From Camelus ferus (Eukaryota): a stretch of 64,000 bases of DNA. Positions 28,071 to 40,950 of the stretch are shown one piece after another (positions within the stretch are counted from its first letter, which is position 1; each line of letters starts with the position of its first letter). The position numbers and the translations under genes were made by a program. The notes under the pieces are model-generated. The model worked only from the letters and a program-made list of their open reading frames with translations, was not told the DNA's origin and did not search any database. Location: contig NC_045697.1 in assembly GCF_009834535.1 (NCBI RefSeq), positions 42,100,001 through 42,164,000 of the forward strand. The letters are read 5' to 3'.

Positions 28071-29052
28071 CTCCTAGTTCCCATCTCTAGATGACAATTT
28101 CTCCTGCAGCTACCTGCAGATGGTTTTGTGCCATGGGTAAATCCTCCTGTGGAAAAGGAGGTGAGGAGGTAATTGAAAGAGGAGTAAAAGGTCAAAGCAC
28201 CTGAATGAGGCTGCTCCTCCCAGTACAGACAGCTTAGTGATTTGAATAAATATCTGCGGAACAGTCTATTGGAGTTGTCCTCTGTAAATTAACCTCTATG
28301 AATATGAAAGAATACTCATTACCTTTGTTACCAATCTAACTCCATAATTTATGTTGCATTTTCATACTCATATATATTTTTAAAGTGTTATTGACATGAG
28401 AATTTTAGACAATATAGATCTACTTATGTAATAACTCTAAGAGTCCCTTGTGACTGACACTTTGCATAAGCAAAGCAACAGATGGAATTATTTAGTGCAC
28501 TGCTACAAAAGGCAATCCAAATACATATCTCAGTCTTAAACTCATTAAGAAATAAATGGATTACTACAGCAGAATTGTTGGGGATATGGTATTTACTGAA
28601 TGTGGAAAAGGTGAGCAACGTGTCAAGGAACTAACACAAGAAAAGGGAATGGTATACACTATGTGCACAGAATGATGATGAAAGGGAGGAATTTGTGCCA
28701 TTGTAGAACAAAAGCTGCAGGAATTATATTAAAATGAAGCATTCCACAAAGACTTTCAATAAGACTGAGGAGGAGCTAATTTCCAGAGACAGAAAAAAAA
28801 AGGAATGCAAATCTTTTCTTAGAGAACAAATTGCAGGTAAAGGCAATATATGCACAGTGGGAGCCTGGCATGACAGCTCTCCATGGAAGAGCCAGTGAAG
28901 ACATCACAACTGCAACTTAGATCAGACCTCTAAGATAAACACCAAAATTATAGACAAATTAGAATCAGGAAATCTAAAGAGTGGAGAAGAGAGTCCATTA
29001 CAAGGGGAAAAAATCATGGAATAAACAAACCAGCAAATAAGAAAACATTTCA

Positions 29053-29540
29053 TAGTAGCAGATACATTGGGCATTTATTATTTTAGCGCCCACATATCAC
29101 CTGTTCCTTTGAGAAATTCCCCCTCAGACATATGGCTCTAGTGTTAGCTGACTATGACAGAGTCCCACCCCACTGGCTAAAATGTACATACGTAATCTAT
29201 TGGGCTGAGCTAATCAGAGCCTGCTGAGGAGACCAAGCAAACATGTGCTAGGAGACAGGAACTCACTCTCTTCTTGTAATCAGGAATTTGAATGAAGTCC
29301 TCTTGCAGAAAATTCCCTCACTGGTGGAAAATATAGCCTCAGAGAAAAAAGCCATCACACTGACAGAAGAAAGATGGATAGACAGAGTGCTGACAGTGGT
29401 TCACCCCAGTTCTAGTCAGCTCTGAAGTGAGCTACACACCAACCCTCCTATTTGCTCATATGAGCCAAAAAGTTCCTCTCTGTGTTAAAACAGTTTGACA
29501 TTGGTTTCTGTCTCTAGTAGACAAAGCCTCAGGACTAAGA
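29053..29540 (+). mobile_element. Old MaLR LTR (MLT1I/J/K-like)
   Basis: 3' end tgagccaaaaagttcctc...ttaaaacagtttgacattggtttctgtctct...actaagaga resembles old MLT1 termini. Confidence 0.55.
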
Positions 29541-30849
29541 GATCCTATATATGTGTACAATCAAGTTATTTTTAAAAATACAAGAAATCTTAAGAAAGAA
29601 AAAGGAAGTAATTCCGAACAGTGAGTATTTAGGCAGCTGGACAGGAGAATTGAAAACTAAACAAAAGAAAATTTCTCCTCAAACGTGGCATGCTATGACT
29701 TCCCCCTGTCTTTGTTAAGTGGGATAAAAATGATCAGAGAGGTAAGGGTATATTAGTAGTCCCAGAGGCCAAAATGAATACTAGAAGTAGGATTACCCCT
29801 GTGTTTGAACACAGTGGCAAGACTTAAAAAATTCATGTGTCCTCCAGCAACTGATATTGCTCAAACATTCCTATGTTTCTTCTTCACTCAAGGTGTCTGT
29901 TGGAGGTTTGGCAGCCACTTCTAACTGACTGTTCCAAATAAACTTCTTTGCCAAACCCATTTGGAGATAGATGGCAAATTGCCTGCAGATCTGCCTCTTG
30001 ATTGAGATGTTCCCATGAATCAGTGAAGGTCCAGTAGCTATTTTCCTTCTGTGTATACAGCAGAAGGCTAAAGGACAAGAGTGACACAGAAGAAGTATCC
30101 ACGATTCTCAAAGCAGAGACAAATTCAAAGTAATCTAACAGGCAAGAAAAGTACCCCATGACCAAGCATTTGTTAAGATGGTCCACGCACCTAACCTGGA
30201 GAACACATTCAAATCCTTTTTGGGTACTTTGTCCTCTGGAATGTGAACAATTGATGGAGTCCTAATTTCAGTTAGCCTCTAATTCACTTGAACCTCTTTG
30301 GGACAATGGGAAGAATTTAACTTCTTTCAGTCTCTATTTCTTCTGTATCAAAAAATGGCTCATCTTTATCATAAAATATCTAATATTTTTAGTTTTATCT
30401 TTAGCACATGTAAATCAAATAAGCTTTTTCTTAAAAACAAAAACCTTTTTGTGACAAATGATAGGGAAATCTGATGAAGACTCAGGCTCTTAAACTTCAA
30501 TTTATCAGTCATGACCCACAGTGCTGAGTTATTCTAGGATCCCCTACATTTCCAAACAATCCCCAAAGACACAGTAACTAAATTCCTTAACATCCAGATG
30601 GCAAACCTTTAGTGAAATATGGTAACCTTAGCCACTCCATAGTTGAGCATTTTCTAAAGGCATTTTTCAACATCCACAGCATATGAATTATAATGACCCT
30701 GAGTGACTGAAATTTATTTATAATGGCCCCAAGAGAATGAAATTTAACATTTAACTAGCAACTACAATGGGCCAGATACTAAGGTAGGATGTCTCTAACA
30801 ACTATAACAGCAATAAAAATAACAACCTAAATAATAACTATAAGAATGG

Positions 30850-31038
30850 CTAGTATTTACTTGTACTTACTATGTTCCAGAAATTTTGCTTAGCATCATG
30901 TCATTAAATTCTTATGGCACTATGAGATAGGAATGATAATTATCTATATGTTACAGTTGGGGCTCAGTAAGGTTAAGTAATTTGCCAAAGGTCAGGGTGG
31001 CTAACTGGTGGAAGAATGAGACTGGAACCCAGACCACC
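30850..31038 (-). mobile_element. MIR SINE truncated by an MLT1 insertion
   Basis: tacttactatgttccag...ttacagttggggctcagtaaggttaagtaatttgccaaaggtca...ggaacccag. Confidence 0.8.
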
Positions 31039-31495
31039 TGTTATGAATTGAATTATGTTCCCCCAAAGGCGTACTGAAGTCCTAACCCCCACTACCCCAG
31101 AATATGAACTTATTTGGAAATATTACTGTCACAGGAATAATCAGCTAAGATGAGGTCATTCTGAAGTAGTGTGGCCCCTCATTCAAGATGGCTGGTGTCT
31201 CTATAAGAAGGTGGCCATGAGTACAGGGAGACACAGGGAGAACACATGTGGTGATGAAGGCAGACATGGCAGTGATGCAGCTGTGAACCGAAGAATGCCA
31301 AAGATTGTGGGCAAACCACCAGAAGCTGGGAAGAAGAGGAGGAGGATTCTGCTACAGGCTTCAGAGGGAGCCTGGCCCTGCTGACACCTGGATTTCAGAC
31401 ATGCAGCCTCCAGAATTAGGAGGGAATAAATTTCTGTTGTTTTAAACTACCCAGCTCTTGGCACTTTGTTACTGCAGACCTAAAAGCCTAATATA
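31039..31495 (+). mobile_element. MLT1C-like MaLR solo LTR, near full length
   Basis: Starts tgttatgaattgaattatgttccccc, has taagatgaggtcat, ccaccagaagctgg, ggccctgctgacacc, aataaatttctgttgttttaa, ends ctaatata. Confidence 0.9.
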
Positions 31496-32159
31496 ATGCC
31501 CATTATTACATTATATATAATATATTTTGAGTTTGCAGTTGTAACTCAAAAGCCTTCAGAGTGCCATGTTTTACTACCACATCAGCTTGAAGTCTTTCCA
31601 GGATGATAAAAAGAAACATATAATTACATGTAAAATAGATATAATTTTCAATTTTATTAAATTCTAATTACATGTAAATCCACATAAGACAGATCTTTTT
31701 TTCTTTTTTCTTAGATCTTTTAAAATCAGAATTCCTATTTTCTGCCTCAGCTGTGGTAAACATAATCTTTGTAGTCATTTTTAAATATTTTACAAAATAG
31801 CTTAACTCTACCCTTTTAAATTGCTACAATGGCCAACATCTATCCTGAGGCAATTTTAATCTTCAAAAAAGGGTTCTCTGTATTTTGTGGGTGGCTGTTG
31901 GACTTTCATTTGAATTACCACAGCTAAGAACTCATCTAGAGGAAACAGACATTCAGGGCGGGCAAACAAGAAAGTGTACACAACACACAGGTTCTATGCG
32001 GCCAGTGCTTCTCTGGAGAAAAGATATAGTTTCTCCTTGCAAAAGAAAGAAATGCTAGAGTAAACAGCGACTCAAAGGAGAGAGGAGAAGGATACAGTGA
32101 AGATGCACTGTCATGAAATGATGGAGACAGAAATGCACGTGAGAGGAAAAGTAGGGTGA

Positions 32160-32291
32160 ATCGAGTAGAGGAAGAAAAATGAGCCTAAGATAGGAGGAGA
32201 GGAGTGATGTGGGAACCTGGGAGGGAGACGGGGAGAAGGACAGAGAGAAAGAGGAGTGGAGAGAAGGAGAGTAGAGGAAGGAAAATGGGCC
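32160..32291. repeat. Purine-rich (GA) low-complexity tract bounded by a 23-bp direct repeat
   Basis: gagtagaggaagaaaaatgagcc (32163-32185) versus gagtagaggaaggaaaatgggcc (32269-32291). Confidence 0.8.
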
Positions 32292-33083
32292 CGAATACGT
32301 GTGAAGGTTTGAACTCTTGTCTTTGTTCATTGATCTGCGTGACAGACATTTTCTTCAGGGTCCTAGTGCCCGCTTAAACAGAAAGAAACAGGCACATTCC
32401 ATGGCATTTTCTCATAATGATAAGCATCCAGTCAAAAACCCAAAGGAGGAAAATACACTTATAAAGTGTCATTAAAAAAAAATAATCTTGGCAAAGTCTT
32501 TTTTCTGAAACAAAAGAGCAGTGTACATTCCTATCTATTTATTTTGAAGAGGCCTTTTTAAGAGCCGCCCCTTCACATGCAATACTTGATCACCATCAAA
32601 GCCCAAGTTTTCCAGGGCCAAGAGCCAGTGTGCTGTGGTTTGATCTTTGAAAAATATTTCTGGATAGTCAAGATTAAGTACCGTAAGTATGGAGGCACAT
32701 CCTGTCACCGTTCTGTCTTTGTGCTGTTAGAATAGATTTATTAGGGACAGGGCTTTTCTAGTAAATTGTGCCAGGAAAAGGTATAATTACAGCAGCCCAT
32801 AATACAAAGTAGCATTTCTAATGTCTTATATTTAATTTATTAAACTATATAATAATATATATATTCTAGATTATAAATATAGAATTTAAAATCTCATGAA
32901 AAGCCTCTGGGTTCAAAGTAAAATTTATCCTTTAATATAGTCAAACCTGGAAAAGTATCATGATAAAGCAAAAAGCAAGTGGGCAGCATTAAAGTTGCAG
33001 AACTCAAACCAGGTTTTTTTCTATGCCTTAAGAATAAACTTGCTACCAGGTTAGAGAAGATGAATATTTCAAAACACATGGAT

Positions 33084-33264
33084 GGGGGAGGGTATAGCTC
33101 ATTGGTAGGGCATGTGCTTAGCATGCATGAGGTCCTGGGTTCAATCTCCAGTACCTCCATTAAAAATATAAATAAATAAACCTAATGACCTCCCTTCCCC
33201 TCAAAAATTAAAAAAAAATAAAAATAAGTAAGTTTTTTTTTAAATAAGTAAGTTACTAAAAAAA
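33084..33264 (+). mobile_element. Camelid tRNA-derived SINE (Vic-1-like)
   Basis: ggggagggtatagctcattggtagggcatgtgcttagcatgcatgaggtcctgggttcaatctccagtacctcca has Pol III A and B boxes and a tRNA-Ala-like head, then an A-rich tail; 14-bp TSD caaaa(c/t)acatggat at 33070-33083 and 33265-33278. Confidence 0.9.
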
Positions 33265-33639
33265 CAAAATACATGGATAAAGAAAGAGTTCCTCAAAGAG
33301 AAAGAGATCTGAAGGTACTGCTTCAACTTTCAGTGCTAAAACACATTTCTCTAATACATCAATAATTTTGTCCTCTTTCTGTAACACATTGCATGCTTTT
33401 AAACGTGTGTGTATGACTTTTTATAATCTAGATATCCCTTTTTCTTGTGCTTTTAAAAAAATTTACATTATTTTCAATTAATTTAATTCAATTAAGACAT
33501 TTCTAATTTATTCAAATAAGACATTTCCATAACCATGAAAGGTAATACCAGAAAGTCAAATTTTACAAATGATCAAATCAGTTGTATAGCCAGAGTGGTC
33601 TAAAATTTCAGACAACGGAAGTGGTCACTCAGTGCCAGG

Positions 33640-34085
33640 ACAAGCTGAAGTAAAGTTTCGCCGAAGGACAGGACTAGAGCCAGGCCTGATAAGACTCAGC
33701 CAAGAGAGAGAAGGGAACTCCAAGCAGGGAAAGGCTGAAAGAAGGGGGGTATATTGGAATATTGGAGGAGGGTAGTAGAAAGACCAGCCTGTGTGGAAGA
33801 ACAGAGAAATGAGGTTGCCTAGGTCAATCAGGACTGGAAAGTCCCACCAAGAGAAGGCCAACATAGATTCGTGGAGAGAGGAGAGGCATGAAGACTGAAC
33901 TGGCACCAGTATCAAAGGTGGATTTAATTATAGCAATGGCCAAAGACAAACAGGTTAAATTGTTGCACAAAACGGCAATAACCCAGGCATCCAAAGGATG
34001 ACAGCAGTGGGAATAGAAGGAAAGAATATTCCACAAGATGAATTTGCAGGGCTTGGAGACAGGGTGCTGGAGTTTTATCTCTAGG
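33640..34085 (-). mobile_element. L2 LINE remnant
   Basis: Purine-rich degenerate L2-like sequence (gcaataacccaggca...gatgacagcagtgggaatagaagg...gaatttgcagggcttgg). Confidence 0.5.
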
Positions 34086-34185
34086 ATCTGCATTGTGTTT
34101 CTCTTTTGGCCGGCAATGACAAAACTTTTCTAAGTCTTTTAGCCTTAGGTCAGATGCTTGGGAATCAGGCAGAGAAACACTCTTT

Positions 34186-34248
34186 TTTCCCTCCCAGCTT
34201 TACTGAGATATAATTGACAAAACTGTAAGATATCAAAAATGTACATCA
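34186..34248 (-). mobile_element. Extremely 5'-truncated L1 (3'-terminal ~63 bp) with TSD
   Basis: cagctttactgagatataattgaca...aactgtaagatat...tgtacatca is the antisense L1MA/MB-type terminus; 16-bp TSD caga(g/a)aaacactcttt at 34170-34185 and 34249-34264. Confidence 0.8.
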
Positions 34249-35926
34249 CAGAAAAACACTCTTTGAAAGCCACAATTTAAAAATGGAAGATCACTCCTGT
34301 AACCTTCAAAATAAACCATGCAATTCTGCATATATTTCTCTGGAGATGGCATCTCCCTTTTTTAAAGCTGGCATTTTTAATGCACTATTTTCCTTAATAA
34401 TAATCTTGCCCTTGTCACCCTTAAATTATTTTCTTTGGGTACATTTGAATAAGGATTCCAGAAAATATTTTTATGTTTTCCCCAACTGCTTTACATAAGA
34501 GACCCACATGAGCAATGTGAAGGTGTATTTCAATTGAGACATGCTCTCTATATAATGGGAAAACTCAATCCTGAGTCCATATATCTGCAAACCTGAGAAA
34601 TACTTAAGAATAGAAAAAAAATAGTGCTGAAAAGGCAAAAGAGATACGAAAATATTAAAATATTCATGGACTTATACACATCAGTTTTCATCATCAGCAA
34701 AGACTTCAAGCTTTCACTTATTAAACAATTATTTATTGAATATCTATTTCTATGCAATAAGATAACTTCAAAGATGAATAAGAATCAGCCCCCAGCTGAA
34801 TAACAGTGAAGTCGTGGATGTGTATAGTACCCTATGGTTTATCATCAAGTCCTTTCACTTAATATGTGAACATCTCTAACAACCCTGGGAAGCAGTTAGG
34901 AGCCATTTTCATTTCTTTAGATAAGAAAATAAGACCATGAAAGGTCTGTTGCTACCCATATCTCATAATGCTCATCCTCATCACTGTTTCTTTGGTTATT
35001 TCCTTTCTTCTGACGAGAATGCTTTCATCTCTTCACACAGATGTTGATGTCATTCATAAATATAACTGAATACCCTCTCTGGGCCAGGCACCAAAGGCTT
35101 TAGGACTGGGAAGGTGAAATAAATAGAATCACTGTCTTCAAGGAGTTTACATCTTAGTGAATAAAAAGGAAGTGAACAGTTATCAAAAAGTGATCAATGA
35201 CCCAAAAGAAAGCCCAGTGTGTCAACGTTCAGGTCTCTGGGAGCTCCCTCCCCCAGGCCATGCAAATCTGACCATCCAAGCTCAAGCCCCATCTCTACTG
35301 TGTAGTTTTTACACAACTTCAGTTCACATATGTTTGGTTTTCCCCTAAATTCCCAAACAATTAGAATCTATCAGATTTAGTTCTTTATTACATATGGCAC
35401 TTTATATTATCAATTTCTAAAATGTGTTTCTTGCCATACCAGATTCCTAAGTTCCACATGGGTACAAACAGAGTCTCATGGGCTTCTCCTGTATTCCACT
35501 CTGAGGCCATGAGCAGTCCACATCTGAGTTGATGATTAATTGATATTTATTGCTTGACTTACATACATCATGTGATATAACTGGAACAATATATTTTGTT
35601 TAGCTAACTTTGTCTAAGATAAATTGCTTTGAAGGTTGTGGAAAGGAAATCTGGAATAAGAAAAATGTCGGTAAACAGTTATTCAGTCCTCACTCTAAAT
35701 ATCCCTAGTTGTTTTAATGACCTGTTAGGTTGGCATTAACTCCATTTGGTCAACAATTTGTACCTCAGTCATAAAATAATCCAATTATTTTCTGGGGTCA
35801 TAACATTACTTACTGTCACCACTATTATATTCAGTCCCTATTGGAGTCATGGATAAATACCATGAAACACTGGACTTCTCCATACCCAGTACTATGGAAA
35901 TCTGGGGCTGTCATAAACATCTGGCT

Positions 35927-36410
35927 CAGTGCTGCCTCACAGAAATATAATGGGAGCCACCTACAAAATTTCCTGCTGTCTACATTAACAAAGCAAAATG
36001 AAACGTGAAATTAATTTAAAATATATATATTTAAAACAATATATCCAAAAACTATGATTTCAAAGTATAAGTAATACTAAAAATAATAGTGAGAGATTTT
36101 ACTAAGTTTTAAAAATCCAGTGTGCATTTTTTATTCACAGCACATCTCAATTTGGAGGCTAAATTTTTATCAGAAATACCTGACTGGTAATAGACTTCAC
36201 AAAACTTAGTTTAAAAAGTAGATTCCCAGAAACAAACTACTCTAAAAGATACTTCATTTTTTTAATAACTGAAGACATATGGCTTCAAATTTAATGATAA
36301 GTTAATTAAAATTATACGATGTTAGAAATAAATTAAAAACTCAGTTCCTCAGTCATGCCAGCCCCGTTACAAGTGCTCAGTAGCTATGTCTACTACACGG
36401 AGCAGCGCAG
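35927..36410 (+). mobile_element. hAT-Charlie non-autonomous element (MER33/MER3/Charlie5 group)
   Basis: cagtgctg...agaaatataatgggagccac start, cagcacatctcaatttgga internal, cagttcctcagtc...caagtgctcagtagc...cagcgcag end; degenerate 8-bp TSD (5/8 match). Confidence 0.8.
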
Positions 36411-39400
36411 ACCTAGGTCAGCCTCTATCTACATTTCCACTTCAGCAATAATACTTAAGCCATCTGTTTCTTTGTCTTATTTTGGGTTGCACTTTGTTGC
36501 TGAATGGGACACTCCTTTGAGAGGTGATAACGGGACAGCCCTACTAGCTAAGGCAATGGAAGGGCCAATCCTGGAGCTAGTCAAGGGTGTGGGCTAAGTG
36601 GGAACTCTCTTCAAGTGGAGCCCTTGAGAATGCTCCTTAATTTTCCATGGCTTCAAATACGTAGACCTTGGGCCATCACTGTAGACAGGAGGAAAAGAGG
36701 GAGTGAAACACTGATAAAGGCATTCTAATCTTCCAGGTGTTTCTCGCCCACTTAAAGCCATGAGACTACATGTTAATGGTAGTATCTGACATCTTTTGAA
36801 TGATTCTAAAGCAGAAAATTTCATTAATATTAAATTCAAATATGAACTTGGACTATAAAACTACAGGCTTGAAATGTAATAGGTACACTGAACTTAACTG
36901 ACATCTCCAAACTAACACGGATGGCTTTTTTAATCAAGCCAACTTAGAAAGCTATGGATTCATTTTAACAATGCTGCCACTTACAAAATATATGTTGATA
37001 TACTCCTTCACACATTGGTATGTACCCTTGCTCTAAAACAGTAAAGATCTGCCTTAAGTTAGAAGTCATTGTGAGCAAGAGCTAGTAAGTAAGTAACAGC
37101 ACTGTAGTAAGAACAACTAGACAAACAATAAGACTGATTATAAGTAAGAATCAGCTGTGGAATAAGTGTGACAACAGTAACTGCAAGGTTTCTTCTCCGA
37201 CCCCCATGAATGACACTGGTTATCTAGTGAAATTCTAAGGTCCCTGAAGCAAATAAAAGAAAAAATAAATGTGTCACAACATTTGAAAAGAATTAGCTCT
37301 TAATGCTTTGTTCCTTTGCCCTTAGAGATAGCTTTCATTTTCTTAGAAATGCGAATTAGGTGCTAATAAGTTATACATAGCTGCAGCTTGGTTTTTTATA
37401 GAAGGGCCATTGTAGGGAGTAGACTTTTTAGTAAATACTCTTCAACTTTGGTGTATAGAAGACTCACGCGAGAAATTTGTTAGAATGTAAATTCCAGGGC
37501 CTTTTTTCAAAGATTCTACTTCTTCTCTAGGCTTTAGAGGAGAAAGACTCTCTTTGCTCCCTTCACTCTCCACTGCCTAGGACAGCATATCAGGCCTGTG
37601 CTCCCCCCATTTCAGAAGGGGTTCTCACCTTCTAAAGGCAGTTTCAGTTCCTCATACGCTTTGCCCAGGAACGAGGGACAGAACTATTCTGTTCTAGGGC
37701 TGTCTTCCTTTCCCATTAGTAACACTGAAAACTTTACAATGCTCAAGTAATCAGGGCATAGAGAAACAACACAAGCCATTTGGGCTGTTCTCTATCTAGT
37801 GCTGGATTAAAGGAGTAAGGTTGTGTCTGCAAAACTTGAGTGACGCCTGCCCAGCTCACATCTGTGCCCAAGCCACATCAGAATTTGGTATTGAGAGCCA
37901 AACCGGGTATCAAAGATGGCCATTATTTTACTATGCCCTTAGTTCCCCTAGAGTAGGTGTCTGGATGACATTCAAGATGTTAGTCACCTTTGACACATTA
38001 ACACTGATGCTTTGCAACAAGTACTTTGTTTCTTCACAAAAATCTCCTTGTTCCTGTCACCTAAGAAAAGAAAATAAACTATCAGCCTGCCTCATGGCTT
38101 ATGCATTTATTTTACTTGGATGGAAGGACTGCACACTTTGCATTAACCAACAAGAGAAAAAGGAACTCAACCATAACTACCTCTTGTTTCATTTAGATTA
38201 GAAATTAAAAAGATGGAGAAGGGAACTGAATGCTGGGGACACTCAAGTGTATGGCAAAACTGTGGTGTGTCTGGAGACTGCTACAACAGTGTAAGTGAAA
38301 AGTTAGGAACACAGTGTCATATTTCTTAATTTAGTATAAAGGAACTGATTTTGCAAATATACATTTTTAATGTTGACAATTAGTAGCAGTGGGCAACAGG
38401 ATAACAAAAAATTTTGCATTTATGTAGTTATTACTAAGTGACTTCTCCAATTAGCATTTATAAAATGTCTGAGTATTCTTTTTTCAGAACTTAATACAAA
38501 CAGAACTTATTGTCCCAAAGTTGCATATATGACTGATGGAGTTGAGACATGAAACCATATTTTTAGGCTTCACAAAAGCACATGATTTAATACCCTGCTT
38601 GTGCTATTGAGAAGTGAATGGGGCAGAGTGAGACTTAGTCACTAATATCAGTGACTAATACGCTCAGTTAGGTTTGGGTCTTTCCAACCCCCTTCTTACT
38701 AACCCCCTTCTGTTAATTAATCACCAAGTTTAGTCATTTTAACTCTTTCATAACTCTTGACTCTATTCCTTCCTCTCTATCAGTAGTGTCCGAATTCATC
38801 CTAAACTCCTGGACATTTACCAGACATCTCCTAATATTGTCATCACAATATAGTTTCCTTGTACATGGGTTTCTCTCCATCTGAAATGACTTCTTTATTT
38901 CCTTGTCCACTTGTAATTCCTTTCTTCTTTGTCTATCTGAAAAGTTCGTACTCATCCCTCAACATTCTTTTGGTATGATCTTTCCCAGGAAGGACAGACT
39001 TTCACCAAAAACATTTGGGTAATATCGATTTCCCAAAAGGTTTTCAACTTGTGACCAAAATACGGGGGCTAATGTCTATTGCTAGGAATCTGCAAAATGT
39101 ACATGAAAATGTGGCACAAACTATGAATCATGGAGTACCTAACGCTGTGCTTTTTTATCATTACAACTAAGTATATACCCTGGAGCATAAGTACATTTGT
39201 CTTAACATGTTGCAGGGCCATTTTTATTAACAGGTTGTTGAACTTTATCCTTGTGATTCAAACCTGTCCAATATGACATGATATATACTTGTGGTCAAAA
39301 GGTGATCAGTAAATCATGCAAAAGATCATAATCTTCTCAAAGGCCAGAAAGGAAATAGACTTCAAGGAAGGAGTTCTTTACTTCGGGTTATGAAAAGTAA

Positions 39401-40689
39401 ACAAATAAACATTCCCACCATACCAAGGATTCCCACGCTCAAATCAACAGCAACTGTGATGAACCTACTTATTTGTGTTGCTGATGGCCCTGTCACATGG
39501 TAATATCCCCAAGCTGTTACTGTTTTTCAGCTGCTAAACCAAAATGGCACATGCAATGGAAAGCTTTTCTAAATTTCTGCAAAGGATGACAATCCCAGAT
39601 CAATGACTCTCTTAATAAACCTCAGCAAATAAAAATCTGTGGTAGCTTCCTTTTCATAGTTCCCAGTAACTCTAAACATCCATCCTCCATAAGCCAAGAA
39701 GTTACAACAATGTTGGCATTGGTATAAAAGAAAATAGAACTTTGTAACCACCAAGTGTGACTAATGGTGGAAAATGCGTTCACTAAAAGGAAGAGTTCGC
39801 TACGCTATTTAAGATAAAAGATCAAAATCATCTCACATCAAGAATAACAGTAGACTAACTACTTCATTCATTCCCTAGGGTTTGGAAGCTACCAAATCAA
39901 AATGAGATGCAAACATATATACAGTAAGTGGCACTATTGAAAGACTACAGTTTTATTTCTCTATCCAGGAGGAATAATGCTGACACTCATAAATTGCAGC
40001 TAAGGAAAGAAACCTAAGCGGTGGCTCACTACCATACTTCTATCTGGGCACATGAAATGCTTGCAACACCTAGTATGTTATGGAATACTAAATTTTGACA
40101 CACTGTTAAAACTAGACATCACGGTAGAAGTCAGTTTGCCCTTGTGTCTGTTACTTCCCAACTGTTACTTGATTTGTGCTACTCCCCTCTTTTTAGCATT
40201 TTCTATCCTTCTCTCCACCCCTTCCAGCTCCCTTCCCTTTTCACTGAAACCCAGAAACAAAGCAGAAAAAGAGACTGCTACACTTTGTAGTTCACAGGTC
40301 TCGTCTTCCAGAAAGACAAAATCAACTTGCCAGGTTGGAGTGTCTATTTTTTGGCTGAGGTCACTCCTTATCTTGGACTCTTCATGAAATTTTATCTTAT
40401 TGTATTCAGTAAGACAGGCTGTTTTCTGTTCCTTTATTCCGCGTGTGAGAGAGAAATCAATATTAAAGATATGAGGATGGTAAAAGCCTAGAGTAATGTT
40501 ATATCATTTACTCTTTAATAGTCATTTCCCCTTTTGCTTCATCCTCACCTACTGTCTAGTCTTAACTCTTTATAATACAAAAACAATTATCCCTACTCTT
40601 TACTGTATGTACGTATCTTAAATACCCACGTGTCTACTAGTCTAGAAAATGAAGGTACGATGAGACCCAAAGAGAGGCAGGTACACAAA

Positions 40690-40950
40690 TAACAACAACA
40701 ACAACAACAGCAGTAACATTTAGTGAGGGTCTCCTAGGTGCCGGGAATGCTTCTAAGCACTGCACGTCTCTCAGTGCATTTAAACTTGACAACAACCGTG
40801 TAAAACCCTTTTTTTTTTTTTTTTGTCCATATTTTCCAGAAGAAATTAAGGCCAATAGAGATTAAGCACCTTGACCAAGAACCACACAGCTGGGAGAGTG
40901 AGACTAAGAATCCAAGTAATGAACCCAGCGCCTGTGTACTCTGAGCTATC
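40690..40950 (-). mobile_element. MIR SINE with (AAC)n at its tail end and an internal poly-T
   Basis: taacatttagtgagggtctcctaggtgccggg...tctaagcact...gaaattaaggcc..agagattaagcaccttgaccaagaaccacacagctgg. Confidence 0.8.

Noticed and set aside
33084..33160. tRNA-Ala-like sequence
   Set aside because: Followed by a SINE body, A-rich tail and TSD, so it is a SINE rather than a tRNA gene.
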